Below the pieces are notes generated by a model that saw nothing but the letters and a program-made list of their open reading frames with translations, did not search any database and had not been told where the DNA came from. Source: an uncultured Chloroflexia bacterium (GTDB taxonomy: Bacteria > Chloroflexota > Limnocylindria > Limnocylindrales > CSP1-4). Taken from it: DNA of 64,000 nucleotides. Made by a program: the position numbers and the translations under genes. The stretch lies in assembly GCA_963833225.1 (NCBI GenBank), contig CAWHXD010000019.1, positions 96,001 through 160,000 on the forward strand, in the 5' to 3' direction. This document shows positions 41,793 to 50,208 of this stretch, piece by piece; the stretch's first letter is position 1; each line of letters begins with the position of its first letter.

Positions 41793-42590
41793 GTGGAGAC
41801 CCGATCGATCGTGTCGCGGATCGAGGCGTTTGCCCGGGCCATGGCGACCGGAGACGAGGCGGGCATCCGCTCGTTCCTCGCCGAGGACTACGCCGGGCAT
41901 CGGCGCGGGCCGGACGAGCCGTCGCAGGCGGACCGATGGGTCGCGACGGTGCCCGACCTCGTCGCGGCGATCCCCGACCTGAAGGTCACGGTCGAGGACA
42001 TCACGGAGAACGCAGGTGGCGTGCACCTGCGGGCGATCCTCGAGGGGACGCACACGGGCGACCTGTGGGGCTCGCCCGCAACCGGCTCCAAGGCACGACT
42101 CGAGGTCCCGCTCACGCTCCGCGACACGGGCAACGGCTGGACCGTGCACAGCGACGCGCCCCCGACGGCGTTGCTCGGTGCCCTTCGCGAGGTCGGCGTC
42201 GTCCCGCCCGCGGACCAGATGCACCTGCCGCCCGTCAACCCGATCCGCCCGCCGGAGTTCCTGCTCAAGCTCGCGTTCACGGGTGCTGCTGCCGACCGGC
42301 CCTGCGCGCACCTTGCGAGCGCGAAGGTATTCGAGTCCACCGGCGATGCGTGCGCCCAGTGCGTCGAGAGCGGGGGATTCTGGCCGGCCCTGCGGATGTG
42401 CCTCGTGTGCGGGTTCGTCGGCTGCTGCGACACCTCCGTCAGCAAGCACATGCGGGCCCACCACGAGGCGACCGGACACTCGATCTTCCGGTCGATCCGG
42501 CTGCGCGAGGGCTGGGGCTGGTGCTACGAGGATGCCGCGTTCTTCGAACGGGCGACCCTGGAGCGACTGGCAGCCGCCGCGCAAGCCTGA
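41793..42590 (+). CDS. SnoaL-like (NTF2-fold) domain fused to a UBP-type zinc finger
   Basis: IPDLKVTVED...GTHTGDLWGSPATG; CAHL, CAQC, LRMCLVCGFVGCCDTS..KHMRAH, WGWCYED. Confidence 0.8.
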   Translation: METRSIVSRIEAFARAMATGDEAGIRSFLAEDYAGHRRGPDEPSQADRWVATVPDLVAAIPDLKVTVEDITENAGGVHLRAILEGTHTGDLWGSPATGSKARLEVPLTLRDTGNGWTVHSDAPPTALLGALREVGVVPPADQMHLPPVNPIRPPEFLLKLAFTGAAADRPCAHLASAKVFESTGDACAQCVESGGFWPALRMCLVCGFVGCCDTSVSKHMRAHHEATGHSIFRSIRLREGWGWCYEDAAFFERATLERLAAAAQA

Positions 42591-42616
42591 TCGCCGATCG
42601 GATTGGAGGCACCGTC

Positions 42617-42901
42617 ATGGCCTACATGGCTCAGCAGGCGGTCACGACCGCCGTTCGAGAAGCGTTCCGGGATCGCCCGGACGCGCTCACCCAGGCAGAG
42701 GAAGCCGCGCGATGCCGCGCCTGGCTAGCATCCCTTCCGATCGAGCCGTCGCTCCTCGCGCCGATCATCGAGCCGATCGCGGCGCTCGAGGACGGCATTC
42801 GCGAGGCGCATCGTCGCGCGTCTTCTCCGGCGCCTTGGCCGGAGGCTGGCCAAGGCCAGGAGAGTCCGATCGCAGGAAGCGCGGTCCGCGCAGGAGAGTG
42901 A
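42617..42901 (+). CDS. Hypothetical protein
   Basis: RBS GGAGG before ATG; sits tightly between two + strand genes. Confidence 0.45.
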   Translation: MAYMAQQAVTTAVREAFRDRPDALTQAEEAARCRAWLASLPIEPSLLAPIIEPIAALEDGIREAHRRASSPAPWPEAGQGQESPIAGSAVRAGE

Positions 42902-42904
42902 ACG

Positions 42905-43288
42905 ATGGACGAGCAACAGGTACGCGAACGCGCCCAGGCGGTCTGCGCGGCGATCGTCGCCGGGGACGTCGAGGCCGCCATCCTGGACTTCAGCAAGGAG
43001 CTGCGACGGAATCTCGGCGAGGTGCTCGCGCTCCTGCCGCTGCCGTCGATCGAGGCGACGGTTAAATCCATCGACAGCGCCGGACACGGCAGCCACACGG
43101 TCGTCCTGAGGCTCGTCGGCGAGCGCGAGGAGGTCCAGGTCCAGACTCGGTGGAAGGAGCGTGACGGCCGGTGGACGATCGTCGAGGCCAGCCACCTGAG
43201 CAGGGCCGAGCGTGCCACTGGGGAAGGGGCTGCTGACCTTGAGGCTGGCGGCAATGCCGACGACGCGGAGGCAGCCGCGCCAGGCTGA
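42905..43288 (+). CDS. Hypothetical protein (NTF2/DUF3887-like)
   Basis: GDVEAAILDFS...VQTRWKERDGRWTIV. Confidence 0.6.
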   Translation: MDEQQVRERAQAVCAAIVAGDVEAAILDFSKELRRNLGEVLALLPLPSIEATVKSIDSAGHGSHTVVLRLVGEREEVQVQTRWKERDGRWTIVEASHLSRAERATGEGAADLEAGGNADDAEAAAPG

Positions 43289-43363
43289 CCCGGCTCCTGG
43301 TCCGCGTCGATTCGCCGGTCGGCATCCCTCGAGCACCCGCGGCTTCGGCGGCGGTGCGAACCG

Positions 43364-44365
43364 CTAGAGCGGGAGCAGGGTGCCGAGGCCCCTTGCCTCG
43401 GCCGCCCGGAGGACCAGCGGCGCGACCGCGATGTCGTCCAGCGCCAGCCCGAGGTTGCACGCCATCGTCCGCTGCTCGGCTGACGTCCGTCCCGGCCGGG
43501 CGCCGACCACGAGCTCGCCGAGATCGGCATCGATCGGCGGGATGTGCCCGAAGTAGCCAAGCTCCCGGAAGTGCTCGAGCTGCGGGACGTCGTCGGTCGT
43601 GAACAGATCGAGCTCGGTGAGCGCCGCCGGGTCCCAGTAGCTGTCGAAGTCGACGGCCGAGGCGAACGCTCCGGGCGCCATCCAGCCGGCCTTGAGCGAG
43701 GCGTGCGGGGTGTGGAGGATGGGGCCCGAGGTGACAATCACGTCCGCGCCACGGACCGCGGCCTCGGGATCGGCGGACGCCGTGACCTCGATCCCGTGGC
43801 GGTTTCGCACGCCGTCGGCAAAGGCCGCCACGCGCGCCGGATCGGGGTCAAACGCCCGGATCGTGGCGATGCTCGGCAGGACGGCCCTGAGCGTGTCCAC
43901 GTGGAACGATCCCTGCACGCCGCAGGCAAGGATCGCGAGCACCGATGCGTCCGGGCGGGCCAGGTAGCGGGCCGACACCGCGGATGCGGCAGCGGTTCGG
44001 ATCCCGGTGATCCAGGTGGCGTCCATCACCGAGATCGGGATCCCCGTTGCCGGGTCGTTGAGGATCAGGAGGCCCGTGATGTACGGCAGTCCGAGCGCCT
44101 GGTTGCCCGGGTACCCGCTGATCCACTTGATCCCGACGGCATCGAGGCCGGGGATCGACGCGGGCATCGCGTGAATGAAGTTGTCACCCTCTCCCGGATG
44201 GACGCCCGGCTTGGGCGGCATCTCCACCCGCCCGTGCCCCTTCTCGCGAAAGCCCGTCTCGACAGCGGCGATGACCTCGTCGACCGAGACGCCGGCCGCC
44301 TCGACGTCGGCGCGGGAGAGGTAGCGGATGGTGGGGGACCGGTGGGTGGCGGGCGGCATGGCCAC
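43364..44365 (-). CDS. Ornithine cyclodeaminase / mu-crystallin family protein
   Basis: HAMPA, GIKWISGYPGN, MDATWITGIRTAAAS, GLALDDIA. Confidence 0.9.
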   Translation of the reverse strand: MAMPPATHRSPTIRYLSRADVEAAGVSVDEVIAAVETGFREKGHGRVEMPPKPGVHPGEGDNFIHAMPASIPGLDAVGIKWISGYPGNQALGLPYITGLLILNDPATGIPISVMDATWITGIRTAAASAVSARYLARPDASVLAILACGVQGSFHVDTLRAVLPSIATIRAFDPDPARVAAFADGVRNRHGIEVTASADPEAAVRGADVIVTSGPILHTPHASLKAGWMAPGAFASAVDFDSYWDPAALTELDLFTTDDVPQLEHFRELGYFGHIPPIDADLGELVVGARPGRTSAEQRTMACNLGLALDDIAVAPLVLRAAEARGLGTLLPL

Positions 44366-44481
44366 GTGCGTTGCCTCCTGCTCGTTGGTGCTCCAAGGGC
44401 CCGGATCCCGGCGTGATCGGTCGACCCGCGCCCACCATAGCCCATCGTTGATCGCGCGGAGACAGGGCCGATACTTGGGAG

Positions 44482-45099
44482 ATGACGCAAGCTGACCCGG
44501 TCGTCTTCCTGCTCGGCCTCGTTGCGGCCGGGTCTACGGCCGGCGCCGCCATCCTGGTCGTGTGGCTCCACTTCCTTCCCACCGGCGTCGATGCGATGCG
44601 GGAGGGGGTGAGCGGCTACGCGCTGGGGCGGTGGGGAGGTCTGTATCGGGCTCAGGTGATCGGCTGCGGCGTGGCCGCCGTGCTCATCGTCGTCTGCTGC
44701 GGCATCCTCGGGATTGGCTCACTGGCAGGTCTGGCGGCGCTGGTTGTCTACGCCGCGGCGCGCTTCGCCATCGTCCGCTACCCGACCGACCCGCCGGGAA
44801 CGGTCGCGCTCTCACCGACGGGACGGACGCACGCCTTGCTCGCGGCAGCCGCGTTCCTCGCGCTCGCCGTGGCCGCGCCCACGCTGGGTCTGACCTTCGC
44901 GGCGAGCCCGCGGTGGGATTGGACGGAACCGGTCCTCGTGGCGCTGTCGGTCGCGGTGCCGGTCACGGTCATGGCGACGTTCGCCGCGGGTGGACTTCCC
45001 CCGCTGCGTCCGCTGTTCGGCCTGATCGAGAGGATGGTCTATGCGACGGGACTCGCGTGCCTGTTCCTCGTGTCGCTGGGGCTCGCCGTCCTCCACTGA
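44482..45099 (+). CDS. DUF998-like membrane protein
   Basis: WLHFL, VSGYALG, YPTD, GRTH, FGLIER; about 5 TM segments. Confidence 0.7.
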   Translation: MTQADPVVFLLGLVAAGSTAGAAILVVWLHFLPTGVDAMREGVSGYALGRWGGLYRAQVIGCGVAAVLIVVCCGILGIGSLAGLAALVVYAAARFAIVRYPTDPPGTVALSPTGRTHALLAAAAFLALAVAAPTLGLTFAASPRWDWTEPVLVALSVAVPVTVMATFAAGGLPPLRPLFGLIERMVYATGLACLFLVSLGLAVLH

Positions 45100-45260
45100 C
45101 GACACCGGGGTCGTGATGGCCTCGAGGGCGCCCGAACATCCGAGGGGCCAGGTGACGTCAATCGATCCAGGCGGGAGGGCCCGCCGGCACGGCACCGACC
45201 TGCTGCATCATCGCCAGGGCGGACCGCCGTGCCGACACCGGCTGGACAACCCCGAGCCGG

Positions 45261-48200
45261 TCAGAGGCGCATCGACGTCGTTGCTGCCGGTTCCTCTTCC
45301 GCCTCCGCCATTCCGAGCGATTGCCAGAACTCGGGGTTGCCGGACATCGCCCTGCGGGTGGTGATCGGGAACACTGCCTTGCCGGCCGCGCGGATTGCGG
45401 CGATCGTCAGACGCATCAGCCTGACTCGCTTCTCGAGGACCTCGGCGAGCGGTGTCAGGGCCGCCACGCGCGTCGCCCGGTCGTCCGCCGCCGTCCATGC
45501 CTCGCGCAGCTCCGCGATCTTCGGGTCGAGCGCCGCCTGGCCCTTGTCGTCAGTCGTCGCCTGCGCGATCCAGCTCTTTGCGATCGCGATCTGGATCTGG
45601 GCGACCTTTGAGTCCGCGCCGACCTTGAGCGCGGTGGAGCCCTTGCTGCCGATGGCGTCGCCGAGCGCCCGCGAGGAGGTTCGGATCTGCGATCGCAACG
45701 CCCCAGCCGAGACCTCTGCCGCATGGATTCGATGCTGGAGCTTCGCGGTCTCGCGGTCCGTCTTCTGCGTCGCCGGTCCGCCCTTCGCGCCGTCCGGCTG
45801 GCTCCGCATGGCAATCGCCTGCGCGTTTCGCCGGACGCGCTGGAACTCCGCGATGTGCCGGTCGATCAGCGCGAGCTGTTGCTTGCGCAGCCCGTCGGGA
45901 AGGTCCGTGTAGCGCTTCGGGTCGGCCACCGCGGCTCGCCGCTGCCGAAGCCGGACGAGCGCCGCGCCGGTTGCGCGGATGACGTCGTCGGCCTTGGGAG
46001 CCTTGGCGGTCAGGGCCTTGGCGAGGGCCCGGCGCTGGTCGCGGAGCTTCTGGCGACCCGAGGGGCCCGGGAAGTTCTCGTCGCCCTTGAGCTCGAGATC
46101 CCAGGCCTTGTTCGACATCCCGACCTGGCCGCCGAGCATCTGGGCGCCGTTCTGCTTCACGAGCTCGGCGTAGACCGTCATCTTCTCGTCGAGCGTCTTC
46201 GCCCGGCGGAGCGCTGGGTTCACTGCCTCGAGCGCGCGGATCGCCGCCATGGGCACCGGCGCGCTGAGCGTCCATTGACCGGACGGCTTGGCGTCGCTGG
46301 ACCGCGAGTCCTGGAAGATCTTGCGGAACTCGTCGCGGTTGAACGATCCCGCTTCGCCGGAGACGTTCAACACCGCCCGAGCGGCGGCCTCCTTGTCGTT
46401 CTCCTGGCTGCGGACGATCTGGGCGTTGGAGTGCTCCGCCTTGTCACCCAGGTATTTCCAGACCCTCCCCGGGTCCTGGTCGTGCGACTGCTTGCCGCCG
46501 TACTGCTCGTGCGTTCCGCTGTCGTCTTCGACCCGGTTCTGCCAGGTCGTGCCCGTCCAATCGGCCGCCCCGCCGAGCATCGCGTACTTGTCGTGGTCCT
46601 CCTGCGTGTTGAGCGTGCGCACGCTGACCCGCTTTGATCCCGTCGCAGGCGGGAGCGGGATGGCGACGAACTGCAGGAACGCGTTCGCTCCATCCTTCGA
46701 GGCCAGGTCGAAGGCGTAGGTGACCGCGAAGAGCGAGCTCTCGGAGGAGCCCTTCTCGTTCGTCAGCCCGCCGCTGATGCCCCAGTCACTGCCCTCGGAC
46801 GCGGTGATCGTGTACGTGACGTGGACGGTGCTGGTGGCGGCATGGAGGACCGACAGCTCGTGCGCGGACGTGGTCTGGCCGCTCTTGGAGATGGTGGCGC
46901 CGAACGTTCCCGAGACGCTCCCCGACTTCGTGCGGGACGATCCGATCCCGCGCGACTCGCCGATCGGGATCGCCAGCGCGCCCGGGATCGTCGTCACGGG
47001 GAAGAATCCGAGGCTGCCGTCCTTGGCGATCCGCTTGGCGGCGTTCTCCTTGAACGCCTTCGCCTCCTGCTCGCTGCCGAAGCGGCGAGACCCCGTCCTG
47101 CTGTCGGCGTCCGTGACGCTCCCGCTGGCACCGAACCCGACGCCACCGGCCTCCCCGCTGACACCGCCCCCGACCGAGCTGGTGTCGGCCACGACGAAGC
47201 GGACCTCCCAGACGCCCGGAGATACCTCCTCGGGGTCCTCGGCGGTGACGCTGTGGCCGCCGCTGACCGTGACCGACGCACCGTAGCCACCCTTGGACTT
47301 CACGCCCCCGGTCAGCGACGCAGACGAGTTGCCCTTGTCGTCGGCCGAGAAGGCCGCGCTCCCGGCGACCTCGTGACCGCCGCGCGTGCCGTAGCCCTTG
47401 CCGTACTCGCCGGCGACGCTGTGCGGGTCGACCGTCACCGAGCCCGTCGTCGCCGACGACGTCTTGACCGGGGTCCCGTCCGGCTTCGTGCCGTGCACGA
47501 CCTCGCGCTTCCGCTCGCCGCCCACCTTGAACTTTCCTTCGCCGGTGACGCCGCCCGTGACGTGCCTGGAGTCGGTCACGCCGAAGCTGTCGCCGACCTT
47601 GGTGGCCTCCGAGCGGCCGTACTGCGCGCCGACGACGTTGCCGCCGACCCCGAACCCGGCCCCGGCCATACGCTCGCGACGGTGGCTGAGCTCGCCGTCA
47701 GACGTCTCCTCGCCGGTCGTGACCATCCCGAGCTCGCGCTTGCGATCGCGCGTCGTCGTCTGGTCGCCCTGCTGGGTCACCGTCGAGGTGTAGCTCCGAC
47801 CAGCGGACGACTCGTCGTACGTCGTGCCGGGCAGCCCGACGGTCTTCGCCGCCGTCGCCGCTGCAGACGGGCCGGACGCACCGCCGGTCGGGGTCGACGG
47901 CGTCGCCGAACCGGCGGATGCCGGCCCCGCGCCGATCGGGGCGTCCGGTGGGCGTCGTGCCCCCGGTGGGCGTCGTGCCCCCCGCCGGCGAGCTACCCGC
48001 TGGCGAGCCGCCAGCGCCCCCCTGACCGGCTCCCTGCCCGTGCCCCCCGCCGCCATCCGCCGAGTGGCTCGGCAGCTCCGTGGCCGGGCCCCGGTGGTCG
48101 GGCGAGACGGCGATCTGGTTGCCGACCCGGAAGGCTTTCGGATACGAATCGCCCGTGCCCTCGTCGAGGTCGTACATCTGCTCGTGCCAGTCGTGGCTGG

Positions 48201-49167
48201 GGCTCCGGATCACCGAGGCGGGATCAGCCTGAAACGCTGCCTCGACCTCGGCGTCGGTGACCGGCCGCGCGGTGTCCCAATGCTTGGGCCGTCCGACCCG
48301 CCTGGCCGGTCGGTCGCCCGCTCCTCCACCGCGAGCCGGCGGCGCCACGGAGCCGACCGTTGCCGAGCCGGGAAGCTGGTCCTTGGGCACGATCTGGGGG
48401 GGCGGCAAGGTGGCCTGCCCGCCTGCTCCGCCCAGACCGACGTCGCCGGTGGCGGCGTACTGGGGGAGCGTCGTGGCGGGTCCCGGGTAGTCAGGGTGGA
48501 CGGCGATCTGATCACCGACGCGGAACGCCTGCGGGATGCCGCCGGTGCCCTTGTCGAGGACGTAGATCTCGTTGTGCCAGGACGTGGTCGGGCTGCGGAT
48601 CACGCTGCCCGGATTGCGCTCGAACGCTGCCGCCACATCGGCCTCGGAAACCGGCACCGCCTGATGCCGGAGCGGGGCACTGCGGTCGAACGCGGGAGCC
48701 GGGTTCCCCGTGCCCGGGACCGTGGCAGCGAGGGCGTCCGGCGTGGTGGCGGCGGGCTCGGGAGCCTGGGGCGTCGGCGCTGGCCCCGGCAGCGTGGCGC
48801 CAAGGGCCGCCGGAGACCGGTCCTTCGGGCGGTCCGGGGCACGCTGCACGGCACCGGCGACCGACGCTGATGCCCCGGCCCGGCGCACCATGCCGGGATG
48901 ACCCGCTGCGCGCGGCAATGCCCTGCCCAGGGTCGACCCGCGAAACGGCGAGGCGAAGGCGCGACCCGGCTCGTTGCGAGAACCGAGGATCAGGCCCGCG
49001 ACCGCCCGATTGCCGGCCGTACGCTGGAGTTCCAGGGCTGACTGGAGGTCAGGCGGGCCCGAACCTCGGGCAGCTGCGGCCTCGGTCGCCAGTGGGCCAA
49101 GCCCACGCTGGGCCGCACCCGGTCTTGAGCACCGCGTTATCGCAGCGCGGGACGCTTGTTCGCGCAC
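45261..49167 (-). CDS. Large (~1,300 aa) putative secreted effector/toxin, frameshift near 47945; start uncertain
   Basis: Joins ORF 47698-49386 (LELQRTAGNRAV, AVQR, duplicated ~68-aa domain) to ORF 45261-48056 (G/S/T-rich beta region, then helical basic C-terminus). Confidence 0.6.
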
Positions 49168-49428
49168 GAGAGGGAAAGTCACACGGTGGCCGCTCGCGCG
49201 GCAGCGATTCTGGGACAGACTCCGATGCAGCAACGCCTGCCCGAAACGGAACCTCGCGATGCCCGATCGGGCAACTGACCATGGGAGATTGGCGCGGTGG
49301 CGGGCGAGGTCCGGGAGAGGCACCGGGCGCCTGGGTCGACTCGCGGCCGCTGCTCGGCGGCACGCACCAGGCGCGGGAACGACCATCGGAGGCCCGCTTC
49401 GGGCTCTGGCCCGGTCACGGTGTTGTTC

Positions 49429-49436
49429 TGGCGCGC
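49429..49436 (+). repeat. Target-site duplication TGGCGCGC (left copy; right copy 52450-52457 is the tRNA 3' end)
   Basis: An identical 8-mer directly abuts both TIRs. Confidence 0.9.
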
Positions 49437-49460
49437 ATCCCTGTTGTATCTGCGTTGGAA
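49437..49460 (+). repeat. Left TIR ATCCCTGTTGTATCTGCGTTGGAA
   Basis: Exact reverse complement of 52426-52449. Confidence 0.95.
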
Positions 49461-49506
49461 GACGCCGCCGCTGGTCCGCCCGCTCGCCGGCGTCCGGTGA
49501 CGAGCG

Positions 49507-50187
49507 TCAGGCCGAGACGTCGAACGACGCCTTCCAACGCGCCCGGCTTCGCTTGGCCCGTCGCTCGAGGCGCGGAATCTGATCGGCGGGGCCGAGGCGC
49601 CGAACGATGTCCAGGAGCAGAACCGGCGAGAGGTATGGGCCAAGCGGCCAGCGATCCGGCTCCGTCATCAACACGTCCCGCACTGCCTCCTCGGACGTCA
49701 TCCGCTCGATGGTGGGAATGGCGACATCGGCGAGCCGTCGCTGCACGACGTCGGTCAGGGGTCGCAGGTCAACATCCTCACTCGAGCCAGCGCGGATGTT
49801 CCAGCCGTATGCCGGGTCGAACGCGTCGGGCGAGTCCTCCGGCGGCATCAGGTCGCTGTTGTAGAAGATCCAGATGCAGCCTTCGACGGACGGCGGCGGG
49901 GGCCGCCGTTCGTTGGTGATCTCCTCGGCCAGGCGGGCAAGTCGCTCGACGTAGACGCCTGCCTGGAGGTCGAGGAAGACGTGCTCGGCTCGGCTGTAGC
50001 GGTCCTTGCGGACCCTGATGACGCCGGTCACGCCCCCGGGTCGCTTGAGCAGGTAGGACGCTCGCGACTTCACGAAACCGCGCTGGGTCATGAACGGCGT
50101 GATCTCACTGGCGAGCCAGGCGTCGAAGATGTCGAGGGCAGATCTCACGCCGAGATGGTGAGCGCCCGGGGAGGCGCTTGTCCGCAT
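49507..50187 (-). CDS. Passenger protein, DUF4304-like (alternative GTG start at 50148)
   Basis: ITPFMTQRGFVKSRASY...VIRVRK...LQAGVY resembles the DUF4304 N-terminus (from memory, not searched). Confidence 0.55.
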   Translation of the reverse strand: MRTSASPGAHHLGVRSALDIFDAWLASEITPFMTQRGFVKSRASYLLKRPGGVTGVIRVRKDRYSRAEHVFLDLQAGVYVERLARLAEEITNERRPPPPSVEGCIWIFYNSDLMPPEDSPDAFDPAYGWNIRAGSSEDVDLRPLTDVVQRRLADVAIPTIERMTSEEAVRDVLMTEPDRWPLGPYLSPVLLLDIVRRLGPADQIPRLERRAKRSRARWKASFDVSA

Positions 50188-50208
50188 GAGCCTGCGATCT
50201 GCGAGGCG

